15,062 nucleotides of DNA from Candidatus Altiarchaeales archaeon IMC4 (GTDB lineage Archaea; Altiarchaeota; Altiarchaeia; IMC4), in contig MCBF01000001.1 in NCBI GenBank assembly GCA_001742785.1, positions 1,033,443-1,048,504 on the forward strand. The letters are read 5' to 3'. Positions 8,258 through 15,062 of the stretch are shown here, piece by piece. A program made the position numbers and the translations under genes. The notes under the pieces were generated by a model. The model worked only from the letters and a program-made list of their open reading frames with translations, ran no database searches and had not been told where the DNA came from. How positions within the stretch are numbered: position 1 is the stretch's first letter; every line of letters starts with the position of its first letter.

Positions 8258-8383
8258 TTACGAACTCAACTGCCCCCATCCTTTTCGTACCATATCCTTA
8301 AATTCCTGACCAGACATCTTTCCATCAAGCGTTCCAAATATGTCTTTGAGGTCTGCCACTTTCACGATATCATGCTCGTCCAT
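8258..8383 (-). CDS. 41-aa ORF resembling the C-terminal half of archaeal AbrB/VapB antitoxins
   Basis: Not in the ORF track. MDEHDIVKVADLKDIFGTLDGKMSGQEFKDMVRKGWGQLSS*. It ends 8 nt before the HerA start. DIFGxLxxKMSGQEFKDMVRxGW recalls archaeal antitoxin tails (from memory, not searched). Confidence 0.5.
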   Translation of the reverse strand: MDEHDIVKVADLKDIFGTLDGKMSGQEFKDMVRKGWGQLSS

Positions 8384-8457
8384 TTTTTTAGATTGTTAGT
8401 ACCACGTATAATGAAAATAAATACAAATTTCGCCGAAGTCATTTTGCAATTTTCACT

Positions 8458-8572
8458 TTGCATCCACGAAATTGCTATGCGATTTCGGGACCCGCATTTG
8501 CGAATTTTCGCAAACGGTGTCCGCGAAACTTCCGTGCAGTTTCGGGACATCATTTGCCTCGGCAAATGCTTG
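8458..8572. repeat. Modular multi-hairpin palindromic element, copy 2
   Basis: Four consecutive hairpins: 8463-8490, 8497-8514, 8516-8551, 8551-8568. 8493-8551 aligns with the reverse complement of 3632-3691 (exact blocks of 11, 20 and 9 nt). It begins with ttgcatccacg, as does 3525-3535. Confidence 0.85.
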
Positions 8573-8601
8573 TTTTACAATTTGCATTTTGAGATTAGCC
8601 A

Positions 8602-9102
8602 TCAGTCCTCAAGCCCCACTGCCATCAGATAGCCCCTCGCCCGCTCGGTTTTCGGGTAGCGGTTCACAATGTCCCAGAACTTCTTGTCGTGCCCGCGCCG
8701 TTTCAGGTGCGCAAGCTCGTGCATCACGACGTAATCGTGGACGAACTTCGGCATCTTCAAAAGGCGGTCCGACAGCCGGATTATCCCCGCCCTTGGGTGG
8801 CAGTTGCCGAACATGTGCGAGTTCTGCTGGGTGGAGTACGTTATCTCGCTCCAGCGCAGTTGCCCGTCGAAGTATTCTTTGTTCAGTTTTTGCGCCAGTT
8901 TTTCGATGCATGCATCTGCATTTTTCTCTTTGAGTTCCCGCCTGCGCCTTTTGGCGTCCATCTTCTTTCTTGCCCACTCGACGTGCTTTTGCTCTTCGGC
9001 CTGCCCCGTCCACGCCGGAATGAAAAGATGGATGACACCGCCAACCTCGCGGGCACTTATGGTTCTCCTTCTTCTTGCGCTTCGGATTATCTTGACCTGC
9101 AT
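8602..9102 (-). CDS. M48 family metallopeptidase / YgjP (DUF45)-like protein
   Basis: 166 aa. RSARRRRTIS start, FGNC, DYVVMHELAHL (HExxH), HDKKFW. Confidence 0.85.
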   Translation of the reverse strand: MQVKIIRSARRRRTISAREVGGVIHLFIPAWTGQAEEQKHVEWARKKMDAKRRRRELKEKNADACIEKLAQKLNKEYFDGQLRWSEITYSTQQNSHMFGNCHPRAGIIRLSDRLLKMPKFVHDYVVMHELAHLKRRGHDKKFWDIVNRYPKTERARGYLMAVGLED

Positions 9103-9120
9103 TTTGTAACCACTGGTTTA

Positions 9121-9134
9121 TTAGTAATTACTAA
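9121..9134. promoter_or_regulatory. Perfect 14-bp palindrome in a divergent intergenic region (possible operator)
   Basis: TTAGTAATTACTAA between the divergent M48 and YihY genes. Confidence 0.35.
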
Positions 9135-9177
9135 CCTGTTGCATTTAAGAAATGTAAACTGCGAATATCTAACCCAA

Positions 9178-10110
9178 ATGAAACTCTCGCCGCAAAATCG
9201 CAGACCGGGGGCTATCCTCTTCGGGCTCCTGAAGGAAACTGCCGTCCAATGGCAAAAAAACAACATCCCGATGATGTCCGCGGCGCTCAGCTTCTACATG
9301 CTTTTTTCGCTCGGGCCGCTGCTTGTGGTCATGATATTCGCTGCGGGGCTCCTCTTCCAGTCGGCGGACGTCGAGGGCAAACTGATGGGGGCAGTCCAGC
9401 CGGTTGTCGGGCCATCCGGCGCGGCCTTGGTTGACGGACTTATCAAAAGCTACGGCCTCATACAAAAGAATATCCTTCTTAACATCGTCGGGGTTTTCGT
9501 GCTTTTCATTTCTGCAGGCAACGTGTTCGGCCATCTCCAATATGCCCTGGACATCGTATGGGGCGTCGAGCCGAAAAAGCCGAAACTAACACCAGCCACC
9601 AAAAAGCGCCTCTTCCCTTCAAGTGTGAAGAACGGTGAAGAATGGATTTTTTCCTTCCTGAAGAGGAGGCTACTCCCATTCGTCCTGATCGTCGTGCTCG
9701 GTTTCATGTTTTTGGCATCGATTATCATCCAGTCTATGATCATAATGGTCGCAGACATCATCGCGACCGTAACGCCCGTTACCCCTGCCATGATAAACAT
9801 GATTTACATGCTCTTCTCGTTCAGCGTCATGGTCGCGGTCTTCGCCGCCGTATACAAGCTTTTGCCCGAGCGCAGAATCCCGTGGCGAAACGTATGGCTC
9901 GGGGCCGTGGTGACCTCGCTTTTGCTGTTTGCAGGCCAGATGTTGGTGGGCATGTATCTGTGGCACTGGGGAGACAGCCTCATGAACTCCGTGTACGGTG
10001 CGACCGGTTCGTTCATAATCGCCATGCTGTGGATTTACTACTGCGCGCAGGTCGTATTGTTCGGCGCCCAGTTCACGAAGGTCTATGCCCAACACAAGGG
10101 GGACATTTAG
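9178..10110 (+). CDS. YihY/virulence factor BrkB family membrane protein
   Basis: Likely start is ATG 9178 (310 aa); the track's 8689 start overlaps the M48 gene antisense. SAALSFYMLFSLGPLL, YKLLP, GAVVTSLL, YGATGSFIIAMLWIYY motifs and multiple TM helices. Confidence 0.9.
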   Translation: MKLSPQNRRPGAILFGLLKETAVQWQKNNIPMMSAALSFYMLFSLGPLLVVMIFAAGLLFQSADVEGKLMGAVQPVVGPSGAALVDGLIKSYGLIQKNILLNIVGVFVLFISAGNVFGHLQYALDIVWGVEPKKPKLTPATKKRLFPSSVKNGEEWIFSFLKRRLLPFVLIVVLGFMFLASIIIQSMIIMVADIIATVTPVTPAMINMIYMLFSFSVMVAVFAAVYKLLPERRIPWRNVWLGAVVTSLLLFAGQMLVGMYLWHWGDSLMNSVYGATGSFIIAMLWIYYCAQVVLFGAQFTKVYAQHKGDI

Positions 10111-10132
10111 AAGAGCATTCCAATTTTATTTA

Positions 10133-10470
10133 GGGAATTGTTTAATTTCCGTACCAGTTATCTATGGAAATCGCCATATATAACTGGTAAGAATGGCGAA
10201 AAATGTTGCACGCAAGTTTTTAGAGGGTAAAAATGCATTTTCTGCGGCGGTTGGAATCTGTACGGACTCGCCGACGGGCGAGTCAAATGCAGCAAATGCA
10301 TAGGGATTTACAGCACCCAAAAACTCAGAAGGGATTTAGATATTTTACCTCCTTTTTGCCCTCCTCGTTAATCGAAGATTAACGGGATACTATTTGCGAT
10401 AGAACTGCAAATGCTTATGAACTTTCGGCCAGAAAGGCATCCAAGGTGCTTGGTTTGAGTTACGGTTCCC
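10133..10470 (+). mobile_element. Decayed IS1595-like transposase N-terminal remnant
   Basis: ATG 10193 gives MAKNVARKFLEGK. After a frameshift in the A5 run (10229-10233): CIFCGGWNLYGLADGRVKCSKCIGIYSTQKLRRDLDILPPFC (Zn ribbon). After a ~55-bp insertion: YELSARKASKVLGLSY (HTH-like). No DDE domain. Weak ends gggaattgt/acggttccc, flanked by tttattta/ttaattta. Confidence 0.6.
10362..10418. repeat. Modular palindromic element, copy 3 (minimal two-hairpin unit)
   Basis: tcctcgttaatc-gaa-gattaacggga-tac-tatttgc...gcaaatgcttat, colinear with acctcgtgaatc-cgca-gattcacgggt-tac-catttgc...gcaaatgcttat at 3548-3601. Confidence 0.8.
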
Positions 10471-10483
10471 TTAATTTAAATCC

Positions 10484-11590
10484 ATGATGAAATGCGAAGT
10501 TGCCGTTATCGGCGCAGGCCCGGCCGGAAGCATTGCCGCCGAAGAATCCGCAAAGGACTACGACACCGTGATATTCGAGGAGCACAAAAAACAGCCGGTG
10601 CACTGCGCGGGGCTAATCAGCAAAACCGGCTTCGGGCGGCTCGGGATTCCCGAGCGGGATTTCATCCTGAACAAGATAAGGGGTGCAAAAATCTTCTCCC
10701 CCAAGGGCACTTGCATAGAAATCTCGCCGAAGGAAACCAAGGCATTCGTGGTTGACAGAAGCGCGTTTGACGATTACTTGCTTTCGAAGGCAGTGAGTTC
10801 CGGTGCGGAGTATGTTAATTCACGGGTTGACACAGTGGGTGGTGAATTTTTTCATAAAAAAAATAAAAAAATAAATGCCGAAAAGATAATTCTCGCAACG
10901 GGAACTGACTACAAACTTCAGCGCGCTGCCGGCATAAACACGCCGAAGGAGTTCCTTTTCGGGGCGCAGTACGACATGATGGTCGAATGCGAAACCGATA
11001 TGGTGGAACTGCACTTTATCCTGCCTGAATTTTTCGCGTGGATAATCCCTGCCGGAGACTTCGCAAGGGTCGGCCTGTGCGCGAAGAAAAATGCCGTGCA
11101 ATCCCTTGACGCATTTGTCGCAAAACTCAATAGTAGCGGGCGGCTCAAAAACCAGAAAATATCGAAGAAGGTGTTCGGCACGATTCCGGTTTACGACCCG
11201 AAACTGAAAACATCGGGTTTGGGGGCGAATACGGATATTAACCTTGTCGGGGATGCCGCAGGGCACGTAAAAGCCACGACGGGCGGCGGCATAATTTTAG
11301 GCGGGCTTGCGGCGAGACATGCGGCATCCGAAGACTACGAGTCAGAATGGAAGTCCGAAATCGGCAGGGAGCTCAGACTACATTTGGCTATGCACAGGTT
11401 CCTCGCCAGCCTGCCTGACAAAAAGAAAGACAAACTATTTTCCGCAGTTGCAAAAAACCACAAGACACTTGAAGACTCGGGGGATATGGATGCGGCATCC
11501 GCCACGCTTGGCGCAATCCTGAAAAACCCGCGATTCGCGTTTGATTTACTTCCGTTTGCACCTAATCTAATAAAACACATGATCCTATAA
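10484..11590 (+). CDS. Geranylgeranyl reductase family FAD oxidoreductase (DGGGPL reductase-like)
   Basis: GAGPAG Rossmann motif, PVHCAG, DRSAFD, FAWIIP, LVGDAAGHVKATTGGGI. Confidence 0.88.
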   Translation: MMKCEVAVIGAGPAGSIAAEESAKDYDTVIFEEHKKQPVHCAGLISKTGFGRLGIPERDFILNKIRGAKIFSPKGTCIEISPKETKAFVVDRSAFDDYLLSKAVSSGAEYVNSRVDTVGGEFFHKKNKKINAEKIILATGTDYKLQRAAGINTPKEFLFGAQYDMMVECETDMVELHFILPEFFAWIIPAGDFARVGLCAKKNAVQSLDAFVAKLNSSGRLKNQKISKKVFGTIPVYDPKLKTSGLGANTDINLVGDAAGHVKATTGGGIILGGLAARHAASEDYESEWKSEIGRELRLHLAMHRFLASLPDKKKDKLFSAVAKNHKTLEDSGDMDAASATLGAILKNPRFAFDLLPFAPNLIKHMIL

Positions 11591-12105
11591 TGAAAGTAAC
11601 CGTACTTCGGCTCGGCCACCGCTTCGGGCGCGACCACAGGATAAGCACGCACCTTTGCCTTGTAGCAAGGGCGTTCGGCGCGGCAAAAATCGTGTTTGAC
11701 GAGGAAGACCGGCGGCTTGCAGAGAGCGTCGGGGCGGTCATAGAAAACTGGGGCGGGGATTTTTCAGTCGAGTTCACAAAAAACTGGAAGAAGTACGTCG
11801 AGTCCTTTGCGGGCGAAAAAATCCACCTCACTATGTACGGGATAAACGTAAATAATTGTATGGGGGAAATCTCTTCATCTGAAAAAGACAAACTCGTAAT
11901 CGTCGGTGGCAAGAAGGTTCCTTCGGATTTGTACGAAATTGCGGATTACAATGTTGCCGTCGGTAGCCAGCCGCACTCGGAGGTTGCAGCGCTTTCGGTT
12001 TTTTTAGACCGATTATTTTCAGGGCGGGAACTTGGAGTGAATTTTGGTGGAAAAAGAGAGATCGTGCCAAAGGAGAGGGGGAAGTTGGTTGTTGAAAAGG
12101 ATTAA
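11590..12105 (+). CDS. trm56: tRNA (cytidine(56)-2'-O)-methyltransferase (aTrm56, SPOUT)
   Basis: VLRLGHRxxRDxRISTH, VARAFGA, HLTMYG, VGGKKVP, VGSQPHSEVAAL. TAATG overlap with the upstream gene. Confidence 0.95.
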   Translation: MKVTVLRLGHRFGRDHRISTHLCLVARAFGAAKIVFDEEDRRLAESVGAVIENWGGDFSVEFTKNWKKYVESFAGEKIHLTMYGINVNNCMGEISSSEKDKLVIVGGKKVPSDLYEIADYNVAVGSQPHSEVAALSVFLDRLFSGRELGVNFGGKREIVPKERGKLVVEKD

Positions 12106-12200
12106 TCGATAAACCAAACTGCATGCTTCATCCACGTAAAGAAAACAGCCCCTGCCGCTTGTCAGAGTGAGGTTAGTGCCTTCGGTATCCTTTTTAAGAT

Positions 12201-15062
12201 TTATTTAATACCCGGGGTCTTCCTCCGCTTTTTCTTGCGGAGCGCTAAGAAAACAAGGGTTGCAGCCAAGCCTATGATCAGCAAAGCGGCCAGAACCCAT
12301 ATATATCTCCGGTCAGATGGCAGGTTCTGTGGCTGTGGAGGCGGCGTTTCACTTCCATTCGTTATCTCCCCCTCTTTAACGGCGGTGGCTGACTGCGCGC
12401 CGATGTAGCCCTCCTTGCTTGCCTCAAACCTAACAGTCCCCCCCTCGCTTGCGGTGAACGTGAACTGCCCGTTGTCGTCTGTCGTATACGTCCTGGTTTC
12501 TCCTGACGGGAAGATAACCCTTACGGTCACATTGGGTAAACGGTTCCCATCTCCATCAGTTACCGTCAGGGTGACATTTTCGCCTTTGTTGGCATTCTTG
12601 AGGGCTTCGAGGACAAGCCTTAGGTTCTCTTCTGTCTGGTTGCCGGACACGGTCTGGTTACCGGAACCTGTCCGGTTCTGGGGGGCTGTCTGGTTTTGTG
12701 AACCGGTCTCGTTTTTGACCGTATTGTTCTCGTTCACCGCCGGGATGTTCTGGCACATATGCGATGAACTGCACTGCTGGTCTTTTCGGCAGTCCTGGGC
12801 GCTGCAGCATTCGTATTCGTAGCATGTGTGGTTGCCTGCAACACCGCACCCGCACTGCACCTTAACACAATTCCTGTTGTCGCAGTATTCGTCGGAATCG
12901 CATTTATCGTCATCGTGGTTGCATCCTTTTTTGCCCGAGCAGCCTCCGCAGTCTGTTTCGCAGGAGGAGCAGGTTTCCCCGTTGTCGCAAATAGTGTCCC
13001 CGCAACCGTAGATGCGGAAGGTCGTGGTTTCAGTGCCGTTGAGGTTGCCGGCGGTGTCGTTTGCGATTATCGTGACGTTGTAGATCCCCCTGAGGGAAGT
13101 GTTCGTGAAGTTTGCGGAGTAAATGTCGGTTACGTTTGTCAATATTATGATTTCATAATTCGAATCCCAGCTTACGTTCGCCCTTACAGTGCCGACGCCG
13201 CTCGGATCGGTTACGTTTGCGGATATGTTTATGGATGAGTTCGCCGGCGCTGACGACGGGGCTGCAGTCAGGTTGTTCACCCATGGTTTTGTATCGTCTA
13301 TTGTCAAGACATAGTTTGTTTCGTTGGCGTTGCCTGCTTTGTCCGTTGCTGTTGCGGTGAGCAGACATGAGCCGTCCGAGGTGCAGCCTAAATCCGAAGC
13401 GTTGCTGGAGAGGTACCAGATTCCTCCGGTTCCTTCGGTCATCAGTGTTCCGTTTAAGGTTACGCTGGCTATGTTCGTGTCGGTTGCGTTGACCGTGAAG
13501 TTGAGGACTCTATCGCTTCTGGAGACGTTGTCGGTGTCGTTTGAGCGCAGGGTGTGGATTTGGGGGTTCGTGTAGTCGAGGTATATCCACCTTAGCTCTG
13601 TCTGGTTCTGGTTGCCTGCTGAGTCGTTTATGAACCAGCGAATCGTGTAGTTGGCGTCGGTTGCTAAGTTCGTGATGTTCTTGCAGTACGGGGCTGCGAT
13701 GGTTTCGTTTGCCGAGGTGTTGAAGAGGGTTACGGTGCCTATGTTCGTCTCCGTGATGTTCGCGCAGGTGTATATGTAGGTCTGGCTGTGGTAGTCTTGG
13801 GTTGTCGTGTTTGCCGAGAAGGAGATTTGTGGATAGGTTGTATCCAATGTTATTGCCCGTGCAGTTGTCTGGTTCTGGTTTCCTGCTGAGTCGTTGATGA
13901 ACCATTGTATCGAGTAGGTTCCGTCACTTAAATCGGTAGTATTAACGCAGTATGGGGAAGATATTGTTTGGTTCGCAGTTCCGTTATAATAGGTTACGGT
14001 GCCTATGTTCGTCTCCGTGATGTTCGCGCAGGTGTATATGTAGGCCTGGCTGTGGTAGCCTTGGGTTGTCGTGTTTGCCGAGAAGGAGATTTGGGGGTTC
14101 GTGTCGTCCAACGTTATGATTCTGGTTTCCGTATTGTTGCACCGGTTCAGGACGTCGCAAACCGTTACGTTATATACGTATTCCTCGTCTAAGCCGATCA
14201 AAGTCCAGTTGATTTCGTAGGTTGCCGATGTGAACGTGGTTTGGTTTATGCTCGAACCGGTTGAGTTGAATATTTCAGCCGTGATGTTTGCGAGGTTGTC
14301 TTCGGTGAACGTCCAGTTGGCGTAAACCCAGTTTCGGTTGAAGTAGGTGTTGTTGGGTTCTGTTTCTAGGTTGAAGGATATTGCTGGGGCGGTTGTGTCT
14401 ATCGTTACATTTATACTCGTGGTGTTTGAGTTCGTTGCGTTGTCGTATCCGGTTGCGTTGATATGGTAGAGTCCGTCACCTTGGATGATCGTTACAGTCC
14501 ATGACCAAGTTGCCGAGTTGTTTATGGTGCTGTTCACCGCAGACCACGTTGAGTTGTACACGGTTATGTTCGTGTAGTTGAGGTTTGTATCTGTTGAGGT
14601 TCCGTTTATAGTTAGGGTTGTGGTATTGAAGTACTGACCTGGAGTTGGGGAGGTTATGGCAACCTGCGGGTTTGTGGTGTCAACCGTGAAACCCCACGTC
14701 TGCGAAACGTTGCTGAGCAACCCGTCCGAGCAGTTCACGTAAACCAAATACTTGCCGTCCGCCAGTTCGGTTGTGGTGATGTTGGTCGGCGTGCCTGTTG
14801 TTACCGAAATGTTTGTATTGTTCAGCGTTCCGTTAATGTAGATTGAACAGTTGAGGACGAACTGCTCCTTGTCGGTTGTGTTGAACTGGATGTTGGTGGT
14901 ATTGTCAGATGTGTAAGATGCATTACCTTGTCCTGCGATAGTCATGAGAGTTACGGTAGGTGCGGTATTGGTTATGTTGATGAACACTGTATCCGGGGTA
15001 CCGCTGTTTCCGGCACTGTCGTTGAAAACTATGGTGTAGTTCCAGTTGTTTCCGACTGTCGA
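12201..15062 (-). CDS. Large membrane-anchored surface glycoprotein (Ig-like repeats, Cys-rich region), 5' end outside window
   Basis: Frame stays open upstream of 14987 to the window edge (STVGNNWNYTIVFNDSAGNSGTPDT). Repeated (I/V/L)DTTxP and NDxAGN Ig-like motifs, CGDTICDNGETCSSCETDC, C-terminal TM helix with KKKRRK tail. Confidence 0.88.
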   Translation of the reverse strand, partial: STVGNNWNYTIVFNDSAGNSGTPDTVFINITNTAPTVTLMTIAGQGNASYTSDNTTNIQFNTTDKEQFVLNCSIYINGTLNNTNISVTTGTPTNITTTELADGKYLVYVNCSDGLLSNVSQTWGFTVDTTNPQVAITSPTPGQYFNTTTLTINGTSTDTNLNYTNITVYNSTWSAVNSTINNSATWSWTVTIIQGDGLYHINATGYDNATNSNTTSINVTIDTTAPAISFNLETEPNNTYFNRNWVYANWTFTEDNLANITAEIFNSTGSSINQTTFTSATYEINWTLIGLDEEYVYNVTVCDVLNRCNNTETRIITLDDTNPQISFSANTTTQGYHSQAYIYTCANITETNIGTVTYYNGTANQTISSPYCVNTTDLSDGTYSIQWFINDSAGNQNQTTARAITLDTTYPQISFSANTTTQDYHSQTYIYTCANITETNIGTVTLFNTSANETIAAPYCKNITNLATDANYTIRWFINDSAGNQNQTELRWIYLDYTNPQIHTLRSNDTDNVSRSDRVLNFTVNATDTNIASVTLNGTLMTEGTGGIWYLSSNASDLGCTSDGSCLLTATATDKAGNANETNYVLTIDDTKPWVNNLTAAPSSAPANSSINISANVTDPSGVGTVRANVSWDSNYEIIILTNVTDIYSANFTNTSLRGIYNVTIIANDTAGNLNGTETTTFRIYGCGDTICDNGETCSSCETDCGGCSGKKGCNHDDDKCDSDEYCDNRNCVKVQCGCGVAGNHTCYEYECCSAQDCRKDQQCSSSHMCQNIPAVNENNTVKNETGSQNQTAPQNRTGSGNQTVSGNQTEENLRLVLEALKNANKGENVTLTVTDGDGNRLPNVTVRVIFPSGETRTYTTDDNGQFTFTASEGGTVRFEASKEGYIGAQSATAVKEGEITNGSETPPPQPQNLPSDRRYIWVLAALLIIGLAATLVFLALRKKKRRKTPGIK
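13728..14093. repeat. Near-identical 102-bp direct repeat inside the surface protein gene
   Basis: 13728-13829 versus 13992-14093: 2 mismatches, offset 264 bp (88 codons). Confidence 0.9.

Noticed and set aside
8243..8632. ORFs 8243-8632 (+), 8362-8565 (-) and 3581-4024 (+) crossing the palindromic elements
   Set aside because: No protein motifs. They are best explained as chance open frames over the repeats and antisense to real genes.
4951..9102. A single defence operon made of M48 peptidase, HerA, ABC ATPase and TOPRIM
   Set aside because: The genes are co-oriented, but base composition changes sharply at about 6720 and AT-rich promoter-like gaps separate them. Nothing visible links them functionally.
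8689..9177. N-terminal extension of YihY in the 473-aa ORF
   Set aside because: It overlaps the M48 gene antisense. YihY similarity begins only after ATG 9178.
12106..12200. catccacg at about 12129 matches the start of palindromic copies 1 and 2; the minus strand also reads GCFLYVDEACSL, like an enzyme fragment
   Set aside because: No complementary arm follows the 8-mer, and the peptide is too short to assign.
13728..14093. Possible DGR template/variable repeat pair (both mismatches are A versus G on the coding strand)
   Set aside because: Only two mismatches, both ordinary transitions. Both copies are in-frame coding domains and there is no reverse transcriptase in the window.

Overview
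Archaeal chromosomal window. aTrm56, TrmI, a geranylgeranyl reductase, an A-type ATP synthase and a sequon-rich surface protein support this; a DPANN/Altiarchaeota-like host is only a guess. Left part, minus strand: ATP synthase genes H-I-K-E running straight into a BRO-N gene, then trmI, an orphan 3' fragment of thiC, an AT-rich ABC-ATPase + TOPRIM-like gene pair (probable defence module), a HerA/DUF87 ATPase, a 41-aa antitoxin-like ORF and an M48/YgjP peptidase. Right part: YihY/BrkB, a decayed IS1595-like transposase fragment, the reductase, trm56 and a large Ig-repeat surface glycoprotein that starts outside the window. The most unusual signal is a dispersed modular palindromic DNA family at about 3520-3705, 8458-8572 and 10362-10418. 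It is built from two hairpin modules with compensatory base changes and a conserved single-base bulge, resembling REP/BIME elements, and one copy interrupts the transposase remnant. The c/K subunit also has a non-canonical ion-binding site (Asp instead of Glu).
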